A DNA stretch of 63,883 nt, the filler included, from Reticulomyxa filosa (lineage: Eukaryota; Protista; Foraminifera): NCBI GenBank assembly GCA_000512085.1. It is 18 parts of 18 records of this genome, joined end to end, with 100 filler letters (N's around TTAATTAATTAA, not from the genome) between each part and the next. Parts side by side here need not be neighbours in the genome. Positions count along the whole stretch, not along the records: positions 1 to 4,004 come from ASPP01013364.1; positions 4,105 to 11,882 come from ASPP01000375.1; positions 11,983 to 13,006 come from ASPP01026042.1; 15 more parts are not named here. One strand, given 5' to 3'. Of the stretch, positions 1 to 12,856 are shown in pieces; position 1 is the stretch's first letter; every line of letters begins with the position of its first letter. The translations under genes and the position numbers were made by a program. The notes below the pieces were generated by a model. It had not been told where the DNA came from and ran no database searches. It saw nothing but the letters and a program-made list of their open reading frames with translations.

Positions 1-67
1 TTTTTTTTTTTTTTTTTTGGATCGAATAGATTTGTTATCAAATGTATAAAAATAAGAACAGGTGAAA

Positions 68-3000
68 ATGTCTCTGCAAGAAATAATAAACGACTCATCA
101 CTGGCGTCTCACATTCGACAAAAATTGGTGTTATTGTTACCGCTGCTATTGACGAACAATGACATTAGCAGTTTAATACCATCACAGACAACTTTCACGC
201 GTCCGATCCATCAGCACGACGAAAGTAAGCAGACAAACAAATATCTTGTCTATAACTTTACAAGCGAACAAATAAACAAATAAACAAATAAACAAATAAA
301 CAAATGAATCAATTGAGATCAAACATTATCTCCCACGATACAAGCGTCACCTCCACCGACGTTAATAAACGGTGGAAAGGAAAGGTTGTCAGCGACGGAG
401 GAAGAGACACCAACGCAGGCGCAGGCGCAGGCGCAAGCGCAAGCACAAGAAGCACAGGAAGACCGAGTCCCTCCGACGATATCAAAGCCACGTGTGTTCA
501 AAGGATTCGTGAGTGATGATCGCACCTCACCTGACACAATTCCAAAGTCTTCTTCCACGCAACTATTGATCAAGCAATTCGAACAGTCTCGACTTGTTTG
601 TGTGTGTGTATTTGTTTGTTTGTACTTTTGCACTTAGCAATCAACTTTGTTTGACTTCCTCAACAATGGCGTATAGAAAAACTCTAATGAGAACACTGAC
701 ACCAAACCGGACACGGACGATTCCAATGACTCTTCAGCCGAAGATGGATTACGAAACGAGAGATTATCCCCGGCACCACAAAAGTTGTTTTGTTTGTTTG
801 TTTGTTCATGTGTGAGGATGGAAATAGCAATGGCAATGACAATAATAAATGAAAATAAAAATGTGCGTATGTGTGTGTTGTATGGGGGGGGGGGACGGAC
901 ATAAAATTAGGTCAAATAACACAAAACGCGAAAAAGCGTCTCGTCACCGTTACTCGAATACGTCGCATGTGTTGGAGGTGTCATCGTGTTCATCACATAA
1001 TTCAAAAAGCCATAACGCACATTGGACAAACCTGAAGCACAAACCACAGCCTCCTCCTCCTCTGTCTTTTTCTTCTTCTTCTTCGCTGCCTGCAAATCGA
1101 AAGCCCCTTCTGCCTGCCGGACGAAGCGGACATCACAAGACACTCACATGTAGCACTGCGACCGGCACCACGTTGACACATCACTCCAGTCACATGACGT
1201 CCAATTCCTTGGCGATCACAGAAGAAGCAGAAGCAGAAGAAGAAGAAGAAGGGCCTTTGAAAATCACATCCGACCCAGAAAGCTCACCTCCTCCTCCTCC
1301 TCCTTCTTCTCTTTCTTTTCAGCCAACAGTACACATTACGTTGGAATATGAGAGCGGTCAAGACCAAAGCTATCATCGCGACAGCAGTCTAAGCGACGTT
1401 ATCTCTGTAGCTTCGTCCGTCGGCGCGGGGTCGAGTGAGCCCCCTGGAAGTGAGGACGCGTCGTCACAACGTCCTCATTCATCGTCTTCGCATGACAGAG
1501 AACTTATCGCCGCTAAAATGCCGCCTTCCAAACCACTGCCGGCCAACCTTACCAACTTGCGTTCCGGGACCAATCCGAAACCCATGGCAATGCCGATAAC
1601 AAAGAGAAGCGAGAGTTATACGCGAATCAAAAGTCCCAACCACGATGTGCTGAGCACACCAGTGACGGAACAGATCGGAGGCAACACTCCGGTCTCTGAT
1701 GACAATGAAGTCACTCCGCAAGCTTCTAATTCACTGCCAGGCAAGATCAAGTCGGCCAAAGTATGGACGCTGACTGACTTGGTGTTGGAGATTGCATCGC
1801 CAACTCGCCATGATATGCAAAAGACTTTGAGTGCCTTGATTTTGTGTCACAAAACTTTTACCGATAGTATGTAAGTAAAATCTTGTATTCTCCCGAGAAA
1901 AGAGATACCACACATACATACATACATACGTACGTATACGTATACACAAATACGTAAAATGCATCGCCTAAACGTATACTTCAAAACCAAATTGAAAAAG
2001 ACACTTTTGTTTGCACTTGTTTTTGTGAACTACACACCGGTACAAATTGGACAAGAAAGATCGTTAATGAAACAACTGCGATGGCAATTTAAACAAAACG
2101 AACAAGTCTGTCTATCCGAGTCAAAAGCTGACAATAGCAACAACAACAACAACAACAACAGCAATAATAGCAACGCTGCTAACAACAATGACAATGACAC
2201 AAATGAAAAAAGGCAATCGAGGGATTGGTTGGTACGAGTGCGGTTATGTAACATGGTAAGATATTGGATAAAACATTATTGGGAAGAGGACTTTGCTACA
2301 CAAAAAGATTTGCAACAACAAATCGTGGATTTCAAACGAGACATTGAACAAGTGTGTGATCCTCACAAAGCCCAAACTTTAAAAGAAAAACTGGATATGA
2401 CAGTGCAAGGCGTTAATCATGGAAAATTGATTGAACAAACTCTTGCACTTGACCCTGCCACTGAGGTGGCTCACACAGAACAGATCAGGTGTGTTATATA
2501 CATATATTTTTTTTTTTTTTTATATACGTATATATGTACATAAATAAAATATATGTATACTTTTAATATCTAAAAAAAAAAAAAAATTATGTGTAAATAT
2601 ATTCATATAGCGACAACACAACACCGACGGATACACCCAAAACCGATGAAAATAAACAATCTGAAGAAAAAGAAGAGAATTATCGACAAGACCACGTCCA
2701 TCTTCGTTGGCCTTATCTTGAAAACAACAAAGTAACAATTCCAAGTGGGATGAATTTAATGTCGCTGGATCCTGATGACATTGCACAACAATTGACATTG
2801 ATGGATTTTCATTTGTTTCAACAAATCAAAGCTCGAGAATGCATCAGCCAATCGTGGAAAAAAAAGGGAGAAGGCAAATGGCGATTAGCATCCAATGTAT
2901 TGCGAATGATTGCCCAGTTCAATAGTGTGTCTAAATGGGCGCAATTAACGGTGTTAGAAGGGAAAACGCCAAAGGAACGAGCCAATATCATCAAAAAAAT

Positions 3001-3588
3001 ACTTACCATGATGAAGTCTTTGCAGAAAATCCGTAACTTTAGTAGTTTCTGCGCATGCTATGCTGCACTGAATAGTGCCAACATCAAAAAGCTACACCAG
3101 TCATGGGATGTTTCGTGCTGGCCTTTTTTTCTTTCTCTTCTTCTTTCTTCTCTGAAGCAAGGATCGCAAACTTTTACAAACATAGAATATATTTGTGCAC
3201 ACATAAGAAACTCCCTCGCATAATTCGCAAAGATTGGGATGAAATCAAAGAGTCGTTTGATTTTCGTATGGCAAAGTTGAAACAATTACAAGAGCAAGCT
3301 ATCGCGCCTGCGGTCCCGCACATTGGTCTGTATTTACAAATTCTATTTAGCATTGACGAAGGAAACGAAGATATAAGTACGAAAACGGGGGTTAATTATG
3401 TTAAAATGATGATGCTTTACGACCAAATCGAAAAATTAATGCAATATCAACAAGGAAAGTTTGAAATCACTCAAATTCCACAAATTCAAAAACTGTTATA
3501 TCAGGAATTTTCCACACAGTACAAAATGTCTGAAAAACACGTCAATCAATTGGCTGACATTGTCCGAAATACTGAACGAGACAAATAA
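68..3588 (+). CDS. Ras guanine nucleotide exchange factor (REM + CDC25 RasGEF domain), multi-exon, long disordered N-terminus; 5' end uncertain
   Basis: REM-like 'LILCHKTFTDS..LMKQL' and 'VRLCNMVRYWIKHYWEEDF'; CDC25 motifs 'DPDDIAQQLTLMDFHLFQQIKARECI', 'IAQFNSVSKWAQ', 'IRNFSSFCACYAALNSANIKKL', 'PAVPHIGLYL', 'VNYVK'. Frame-restoring GT-AG introns at about 225-317, 596-675, 784-910, 1871-2059, 2489-2610 and 3110-3207. Confidence 0.9.
268..305 (+). repeat. Intronic 8-bp tandem repeat (CAAATAAA)n
   Basis: About 4.5 direct copies visible inside the first RasGEF intron. Confidence 0.8.
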
Positions 3589-4004
3589 AGCCAAATGCAT
3601 ATATTTCTCACACCGCATATATTAAACTAAAATAATTTTGTTCAAAAAAAAATTTTTTTTTTATATTCAGTTTATTGATATTGGAATGAACCTTGTTTCT
3701 TTGTTTTTGTTTTATTGTTCCGACCTTCATGAAAATTACCTGTTTAGTCTTTTTTGTTCTGGTTGGTGGCTATTTTTTGTTAATTTTGATCTATAAAAAT
3801 CATCCTATGTCTAACAACTGAATTCGATAAATATTATTTTTCCCATTCTGAAACCACCGATAGATATATAAATGATAATCTCCCAAAAATACTACAAGAT
3901 TGCATTTTTTCTGGCATTTACATTTTTTAAGAAAAATAGTTACGTATTTTGCAATTTGCACGATGTGTACAGATTTGACGAAAAGTTTTGAATTTTATTG
4001 ATGG

Positions 4005-4104
4005 NNNNNNNNNNNNNNNNNNNNNNNNNNNNNNNNNNNNNNNNNNNNTTAATTAATTAANNNNNNNNNNNNNNNNNNNNNNNNNNNNNNNNNNNNNNNN
4101 NNNN
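4005..4104. other. Artificial contig-join spacer (N44-TTAATTAATTAA-N44); first of 17
   Basis: Identical 100-bp spacer with an all-frame-stop palindrome, also at 11883, 13007, 14786, 16468, 18870, 20373, 21626, 22830, 29814, 31131, 33125, 34280, 35518, 56320, 60023 and 62728. Adjacency across these spacers is not biological. Confidence 0.98.
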
Positions 4105-4489
4105 CAAAGGATGTCTTAAAAAATTACAACAAGATGCAACAAAATGAAGATAAAATAAATAGAAATATTCAAATAAGAAACTTATACAATAAACATAACA
4201 ACAATCTTTAAAGTATTTTTGACATATATTTAATTGTTTTTTATTCGTTAATAATTTTGAAGATATTTATTTTCTTCTTTTAATTATGAGAATATATAAT
4301 TAATATGTCAAGTTAGTTCAAATGATTAATGTAAAGTATGTGAAAGATGAAGAATATTTAGTATTTAAATCTTGAATAACAGAAAGTTATTGAAACAAAA
4401 GGGCATAAAAAAAAATGGAAAATAAAATTCCAAATAAATAAAAAACTTGTGTAATACTTTTTTTGTAATAGCTTCACCAAAGTGCAAAC

Positions 4490-5475
4490 TCATAAAAAAA
4501 GAATATCAATTGATTTTATTTATATCTAAAGAAAGAGATTGCTTTAATACAAAACCAATATTCTCTATGTGAAGGACAATGTTAGATGGATCTATGGAAT
4601 GAAGTTATCATAAAATACAACCATTTGAAATGAATAAATTGGAAAATGGAAATAAAATAAATTCATTCAAAACAAACTTTGTCAACAAATGAATTGATCA
4701 CCACCAAGTGTTGAATAATCAATATCGATATATCTAGTGAATTTATTAAGTAATTTGGATGATGATAAAGTAAAAGATTAATTTAATTTTTTGAATGAAT
4801 TGTTCATAATTTTGAGTTAATTTGACATTCTTCTATTCCAATGATTTGACAATTTTGCATGATTAGATTAAGATTTGTTTTTCTTTATCAATGAAACCTT
4901 TTTTAATCAATATCTGCACGATACTTGAGTAATTTCCATTTGTTTGATTCGATTATTTTTCAATTAGATTTTTTGTTTTATTATCAATTGGAATAATTGA
5001 GTGACGAGATCAAAATATAATTTCATACTTGCAATTAGATGATCTTTTATCAAAAATGGATGGAATCCAAAGGACACTCATTGATTAAATGAGCATTTAA
5101 ATCTTTTAATTTTCATTTGAAATCACATGTAATTACTCCAGGTGTTTTTTCATCAATGTCTTTGGCTCTTGTTCAAATTGTCTTCGTCATGTGATTGAAT
5201 TGGACAAGAGTTATTTGTGGTTTTCAAGAAATAATTTTCTACAAATATTCAATATGAAATAAATCACTATTTTTGGAAAAATTTATATTTTTAATAAATG
5301 AATAATTTTAAATGAAGAACTTCCTATTTTAAAATTTTCCTGTTCAAAAATAAATCCAACCTTACAAAAATCGTTCTTTTTTTTTAACCTGTTTCATTTG
5401 CAAGGAAGTATTAGAAAATTCTCACTAAACTATTTCTGGACATAAAATTTCTTCCCCCCTCTTTCAATTGTCATT
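4490..5475 (-). pseudogene. Decayed RING/TRAF-type zinc-finger family gene
   Basis: Minus-strand translation gives 'NNSCPIQSHD' and TRAF-finger-like 'CDFK*KLKDLNAHLINECPLD', with many in-frame stops. Confidence 0.6.
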
Positions 5476-5519
5476 GTAGTTATTGCGTTAACATATGCTT
5501 TGTTGATGAAATTCACCAA

Positions 5520-5910
5520 TACTCTTATATTTGCAAAGTAAAATTTTGATAAAGAATCATAAAATTCTTTTCAAAATACATTTATTGATTGAATTACTTT
5601 CAAACTTTTTTTATATTTGTCATTGTATTCTTTGAAAAGATTAAATGAAAATGGCAATATTTCAAAGATTTTAAATAAAACATTTATGTCTTTATCAATT
5701 AATTTGAAAAAGTTTAATAATTAAGTTTTTTGTTATTTTTAAAATGAAGACTACAAATTATTTGCACTAAGAAAAGTCAATTTTAATCTATTTTTTTTTC
5801 TGGTGTGGACTTTTGTTAGAAAAGGATAAAATTGGAGTAGAAAAAATGGCTACTTGCAAACAATTTCTAAATTGGATATTAATTTGTCCTTCTGTTTTTG
5901 ATTTGAAAAA
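5520..5910 (+). repeat. Diverged non-coding repeat, copy 1 (copy 2 at about 6650-7005)
   Basis: Collinear shared blocks, e.g. ACTACAAATTATTTGCACTAAGAAAAGTCAATTTTAAT vs ACTACAAACTATTTATACTCAGAAGAGTAAATTTTAAT; GGATAAAATTGGAGTAGAAAA vs GGATAAAATTAAAGTAGAAAA; TGTTTTTGATTTGAAA in both. Confidence 0.75.
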
Positions 5911-6649
5911 CGTGGAAGAAAAAAAAAAGGGTTAATTAAATCAACACATAATAAAAGGTAACTTGATTGCATTAAGTAATAATCCATTGATTTTCCAAAA
6001 GTTGAACACTCAAATACGAATCGTATTAAATCTATAAATAAAACTTTGCAATATACCTTGAAATGCAAATAAATCAAAAATTAGTTTCTTTCACCGTTTT
6101 GCTGACAAAGAAAAGTATCAGGACATTTTCCTTACTGAATTACATTTTAAAGAAAAACGTCTCTGAGATGTTGGTGATTATGAAAAGTATAATAGAAAAT
6201 TATCTTTCTGAAAGCTTGTAATAAAACTTTTCAACTCTAGTTGTGTTAGAGTTTGCTTCTCATTACTAAGAGTTGTCATTTTATTTTTTTTTCTAAAGTT
6301 CGTTTTTGACGGTGTAAAATGGAAGATATTGAACTTTTTTTCCTCTGAAGGGCAATGAAAGGAGTTTTCAAAAATATGTTGGCAACATGAAAAACAGTAC
6401 TTTAACAAACATGTTAGTTTTTTTTCAATGAAGATAAGAAATTTTTTTAAAACTTGTGTTATACGTGCATACTCAGTTTTCAACAAGTTTTTTTTTCAGA
6501 AACAGCTTTTTAAATTTTTTTGTAGTTTTAAAGAACGTTTGAAATAAAAAAAGAATTTTGATGTTGAGATAAAAACTGTAATTTAACACAGCTTTTATAA
6601 TTTTAAATGTGTTTGTTTATATTTTTAAATTGATTATTGCGTTGCAAGC

Positions 6650-7005
6650 TTGAAAAGTAAAAATTTGTGTACCGACTTTGAAATATAAATTCCATAAATG
6701 ATATGTTTTCGTGAATTACTTTGAAAAGTTGAATAAGTTTGTATACTTCTTTTTCAAATCATTTTATCGTAAAAGGCATTTGATGCACAAGCATGAATTG
6801 ATATTTCTTTAGACCATTGAGAATAGAATTTTGATTAAAATATACAACTTTTAATTTTTAATTATTTTTTAAAATAGAAACTACAAACTATTTATACTCA
6901 GAAGAGTAAATTTTAATTTAAATTTTTTTTTCTGGATAAAATTAAAGTAGAAAACAGAGAAAATTTCTAAAATGAATTGAAATTTGTTTTTGATTTGAAA
7001 GATTG
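6650..7005 (+). repeat. Diverged non-coding repeat, copy 2
   Basis: Collinear similarity to 5520-5910. Confidence 0.75.
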
Positions 7006-7539
7006 TTCTGTTCAGAATAATAATGATTTTCCAAATAGTTCAACAATAAAATTAATTATAAATATGTCAACGTCATTGATCTTATTTTATGCATATTTTG
7101 AATAAAATAGATTGTCTCAATTGCTAATTAATGATTGTATCAAGCACTTTCCACAAATGAGGAGTTTGTGTTTGTGAACAAGGTTTTTGTGTAATAAAAA
7201 ATGTGTCTTGTCTTCAGAAATTTAATCTGTTTCAAATGAAAACACTTAATACTTTTAATATTATTACAGTAATTCTTTGAAAAGAAGAAAAATAATAAAC
7301 ATTTCCATGTTATTTCGTGTTTTTAAATTCTTGTTTGCATGACACTCCAGATTCTAGTCATTATGTGTGAACAAAGTAATTTATTAAATCTAAGTATATA
7401 TTACCGCTTTGATGAACTTATTCTAAAACAATGATTATGTAAAGCAAGGAATCACAAACTTTTGTGTATTCTGAATTTCTAAAATGTTCCTTCTATTCAT
7501 TGTCTTTCAAAAAATAAAATTAATACCATTCCTTTTCTT

Positions 7540-7790
7540 AACAGAACTTTTCATGTGGAAGGAGAAGAAAAAAATGGAATCTTTTTTCAAGTTCTAGCTG
7601 TTACAACAAATACTGGATTTTATTCAACATAGCAAACTAAACACATTAATTTTGCTGTCTTTGCAAGCAAATTGCAAATAATGCAATGAAGTTACATTGT
7701 GATGAACATGAGATTGTAGAATAGTTGATTTGATAAGAAATGAGTGAAATAAAACAATGAAAAATATCCAATTCAAATTTAATATATTAT
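7540..7790 (+). pseudogene. Fragment of RING-like zinc-finger family gene
   Basis: 'SSCYNKYWILFN', then after a frameshift 'CCLCKQIANNAMKLHCDEHE', followed by stops. Confidence 0.55.
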
Positions 7791-9092
7791 CTATCTTTCA
7801 TTAATAATAATAAAAAATAACAACTAACATGTGTTAGCAAACATAAAACGGCGTCTTATAGAGAATTGCATAAAGTGATTTCATATACATATATTAAAAT
7901 ATCATACTTATACTTTAAGACAGCTTCTTCAACTATTTTGGGAAACGATTATTGAAGTTGTTTGAGCATGATGATAAAATTGAAATAGAAAACGATATTT
8001 TTAAACATAAATGGTACATTTATGTCAATTTGTATTACATAACGACATTATTGTTAGAACTTTGATTGTCTTTATTGAACAAAAATTTAAAACACTTTTT
8101 AGATAACATATAAAAAACTCTTGTTGACTCCAAAAAAAGATGCTTAGGAATAGTAACTTTACTTGTTTAGATAAACTTTTTGACTAATTTTGTCTTAGAA
8201 ATATCTTTAGACATTTTAATTTTTATGTTTGATTTAAAAAAAAGACGAAGAATCCATTAAATCAAAAATATATGACAAAATTAATGTTATGAAAGTCCAC
8301 ATCAATCTAGGCAAGTGTTTTCTACTACAGTAAGAGATTTTCTATCTTCTTTTAAATCAAAACATAGTTGTTTTTTTTTGAAAAATTGAAAGCGTTTAAA
8401 GCTATTAAAATTATTCAAATGATCTTGTACAATTCATTTAAGAGGTTGTTTGCAATATATCCTGAATACTTGTTGTAAATACAAAAAAATCAAAAATTAG
8501 TTTTGACTTAACAAAGAAAAGTTAACATTTTATACTTTTGAGAGATTGGATGAATGATGGAAAATTATCCATTTTATTTATTTATTATTCACCAAATTGC
8601 AATCATTACTACCTTTTTCTTGAACGTATTTATGGATTAATCGCGTATTTGCAAAAAGGGAATTTTGAAGAGAACTCTTGTCAAAAAAAATAAAAATAAA
8701 AAAATCAATGAAAAAACATTGAACAAAGAATGACTCTGAATTCAATAATCCGGTCGGAAAATACTTTGTAAACTGTTAATGTGAATTGTTTGAAGTGAGC
8801 TTTCAAAAAAAACAATAATTCATACTCAATTGTACGTTCTTGTGCATTCAAATTATCCATTTCCTGTAATTTTGAGGACACAAGAAAAAATTCCTTTCAA
8901 TTTTTATTGACCCTTCTTGGTCTTAAAAAAAAAAAGTTGAAAAGAATTTTTTTCATCATCTTTGCATCATCAAAGATCATCTCAAGGAAAAAAAAGAAAA
9001 TACTTTACCTTAGTAATGAAAGTTTCGTTTAAGTTGTTTTTTTAGGTTTTTCTTCTTTTTGTTTTTCTCATTTTGCTTTATCGTTGAAATAG

Positions 9093-10337
9093 CCAAAAGG
9101 AGAAGAGGCCCAAATAATTATTCATCATTGGATTCGAACATCCAACATTAAACAAGGATGGATCAAAGATTTTGACAAACTAGTTGTCAATTATGTTAGT
9201 TCATTTGTCCTTTCTTTTTTTTAAATTTACTAACCAAAATATTCAAATGTTTATTTAACATAGATATATACTGTCTTCATGTTTGAAACATTTCGTTCAT
9301 CATCTAAATTAATTAATACATTCACTGGACATAAAATGGCTGTGTTTAGTATTGATTATTCAACATTTGATGATTGTCAACTCATTTGTTCTGGATCAAA
9401 TGATCAAACAGTTCGCGTATGGGATGTTGATAACAACAATCAAATTCAATCATTCAATGGACATTCATCCTTTGTGCATTGTGTGAAATTTTCATCATAT
9501 CATTATCATAATAATCGTCAACATGTCATTTGTTCTTCATCGTGGGACAAAACCATTCGTTTTTGGGATTTCAAATATAATAAGCAATTACGAATATTCA
9601 AGGAACACACTTCGTGGGTTGGTGGAATTAAATTTTCACCATTTAATGGTGGTAGATATTTGTGTTCTGGATCTGCTGACAATACTATTCGTTTATGGGA
9701 TATTGAAACATCAAAATCATTACATGTTTTCAAAGGACATGAATATTCTGTTTTTTGTGTTGATATTTCACCATTACAAAGCAATAACAAAAATGATAAT
9801 AATAATAATAAAATGAATAATATTCGTGTGATTGGTGGAAATGGATATACAATTTGTTCTGGATCATATGATAAAACCATTCGAATATGGGATATTGAAA
9901 CAGCCAAACAACTCAATGTATTCAAAGGACATACAGATTTTGTGAGGAGTGTAAAATATGGATCAAATGAATTATTAAATACAGTATTATCTGGATCAAG
10001 TGATAAAAGTGTCCGTTTGTGGGATATTCGATCTGGTCAGCAAATTCAAATGTTCAATGGACATACAAGTTGGGTTCATGCTGTTGAATATTTACCATTT
10101 GTGACAAAGAATAGTATTTGTAATTCAAATGTGATATGTTCTGGATCATTTGATAATACAATTCGTTTTTGTGATATTCGATCAAATAAAAATGAATTGT
10201 ATATCATCAAAGGAGATGATGCAGATAGTTCAATATTTTGTCTTAAATTTATTGTATTGAAAAAGAAAAATAAGACTTCATGTGATTTCAATTTGTGTTA
10301 TGGTTCACGCAAAGGTCTCATTCGTATTTGGGGATAA
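9093..10337 (+). CDS. WD40-repeat protein (amplified family), about 7 blades; upstream exon(s) uncertain
   Basis: Repeated GH...SGS.D.T(I/V)R.WD motifs in ORF 9279-10337; upstream exon 'EEAQIIIHHWIRTSNIKQGWIKDFDKLVVNY' joined by GT-AG intron about 9195-9264; ends IRIWG*. Confidence 0.92.
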
Positions 10338-11236
10338 TTTACTTTTTTTTTCGAATAAGAAATGAAAGTATTTTTTGTTTGAAAAGTTTGATTAAAAGAA
10401 AATGATGTGATATTAAATTTGTTTGATTTTATTGAATGTAAGCATTGAAAGATGTTCTATCTTACTTTTTAGTTCAAAAAAAATTTAAAAAGCTGCATTC
10501 AATGTTTTTTAAAGAATTCAAAAGCATAATAAATAAAAATTGTATTTAAATGTCAAAATAAATTGCAAGATATTACTTTTTTTCATTGCAAATCACTACT
10601 ATTTTTTTAAAATTGTTTTTTGTATAGTATCAAACATTCAAAACATGATAAAGCTAAAGGGCAACAGTGTGCATTATCAAAGACAATATTTTCTCCTGAA
10701 ATAAGATATGAGTGGCAGTAATTCAAAACAATGCAATCAGATAATGAAATCCTTTAATATCTCAGGAATAGTTTATCTTAGATACCGCTCTATGTTGTAG
10801 CTGCGTGCAAAGCAAAATATTTTTCCTGATACCATATTCTATATACCTTTACATCACTCGGGCATGTAACATAATAAAAACATTATTTGAACAATAATTT
10901 AAGAAACAACAAGTTCAATCTGGTGAGCGATTGACTGCCCTTGATATTATTACATTTCATTCAATAATCGAGCGATGCATAAAAAGAGGATATTTCACAT
11001 AAGTATTACACTATACTTATTTAATAATTGCTGTTTGGAGAACAAATGAGATAATGAAAATATTAAATTATTCACAGAAATAAGAAATGACATGCACAAC
11101 GATCATATCATGATTTTTAAAAGCAAACAAAGTGAATGAAATTAAATGTTAAGGCGTCAATGTCAAGAATAGCAAAAACTTTATTGAAAAGACACAAATT
11201 AAAAAGAAAAATTGTATTTATTTGTGAAAATCTTAA

Positions 11237-11882
11237 TTATCCCCAAATTCGAATTGTACAGTCTGTGGAACCTGATACAATTGTATTTCCATTTTGAGAT
11301 ACATCCACACATCTCACAGCTTGAGAATGTCCTTCCAAGATTTGTATCCTCTTTCCTGATTCTATGTTCCATAATCGAATTGTATTGTCACTTGAACACG
11401 ATACAATTGTTTGACCATCTGGAAGATATTTTATATCATTCACATGATGTGAATGTTCTTTCAATATTTTCCATTCTAATCCTGTTTCAATATTCCATAT
11501 TCGAATTTTATCATCTAATGAACAGGAAGTAATAAATTTACCATCTGGAGAAAATTTTGCACGCATTACACGACTGGAATGTCCTTTGAATTGTTTCAAC
11601 AACTTACCAGACTCTACATTCCACAAATCAATTGTTTTATCATTTGATGATGATACAATCATTTTACCATCTGATGAAAATTGTGCACTCAACACATCTT
11701 TTGAATGTCCTAACAATTGTTTTATCTCAATTCCAGAATGTACATCCCATAATCTTATTGTATTATCTTGCAAGCCTGATACAATATATTTTCCATCTGG
11801 AGAAAAGTTTACATCCCATATTGTATTTAAATCATTTATTAATTTCATTACTTCATTTCCTGTATGAATATCCCATAATCGA
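11237..11882 (-). CDS. WD40-repeat protein, 5'-truncated at contig edge
   Basis: Five regular repeats 'GH....V....FSPDG..IVS.S.D.TIRLW'; frame open to the spacer; ends IRIWG*. Confidence 0.92.
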
Positions 11883-12688
11883 NNNNNNNNNNNNNNNNNN
11901 NNNNNNNNNNNNNNNNNNNNNNNNNNTTAATTAATTAANNNNNNNNNNNNNNNNNNNNNNNNNNNNNNNNNNNNNNNNNNNNAAAAAAAATATTTTTGAA
12001 TAATTTAATAGTATATTCCAGTGGTTCAACTTTTATTCTGATTTAACTTTGATTGAATATCATTTTTTAATTTATTTTCATCATTTGTTTTATCTGATTT
12101 TGATAAAAAGGCCCAATTTATGTTCGAGATGAAAATATGTGAATAAAGCTTTTTGATTTATCTTTTTTTTCTCCACTTCATTAAGAATATCATATTGCCA
12201 AAAATGTAAGGATTTAATGTAAACGGGTTCTTAAAATAATATTTTTTCAATGTCTTTGTTTTCAGAGTGATGTAAATGGATATAAAAAATGATATCATGA
12301 AGGATATATTCGCTTTGCATACAACCACAGCTCAGAGAGGGCTCTCTTAAGATGAAATATTTCTGAATTAAAAAGATCTTTTTATCTAATAATGCACACT
12401 GTGTTTCGATACATACAAAAAACAATAACAAATAATATTGAAGAAAACGCAATGCTTAAAATATTTTGCAACTTATTTTGATATTTGATACAAGTCTTAT
12501 TTATTATACTTTTCAACTCTTTAAAAAACATTGAATGAAGCTTTTTCAATTTTGTAACAAATTAAGATAAAAATATCTTTTAATGCTTGCATTCAATCAA
12601 ATCAAACAAGTTTAATATCAACTTACTTTTCTTTTAATCAAAATTTTCAAACAAAAACTACTTCATTTCTTATTCAACAAAAAGTAAA

Positions 12689-12856
12689 TTATCCCCAAAT
12701 ACGAATAGGACCTTTCAATGAACCATAACACAAATTCAAATCATATGCAACACTCTTTGTCTTTTCTTTCTTTTTCAATACAATAAATTTAAGACAAAAT
12801 ATTCTATTATCTTCTTTGTTGTCTCCTTTGATCATATATAATTCATTCTTATTTGA
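12689..12856 (-). pseudogene. 5'-truncated C-terminal fragment of the 9093-10337 WD40 family
   Basis: Translates 'SNKNELYMIKGDNKEDNRIFCLKFIVLKKKEKTKSVAYDLNLCYGSLKGPIRIWG*', collinear with the end of ORF 9279-10337; similarity stops upstream of 12856. Confidence 0.85.

Noticed and set aside
673-675. Apparent in-frame TAG in the RasGEF gene
   Set aside because: Explained as the acceptor AG of intron 596-675
4049-4060. Recurrent TTAATTAATTAA palindrome resembling a regularly spaced repeat or CRISPR-like element
   Set aside because: Always centred in exactly 44+44 Ns; an artificial all-frame-stop linker used to concatenate contigs
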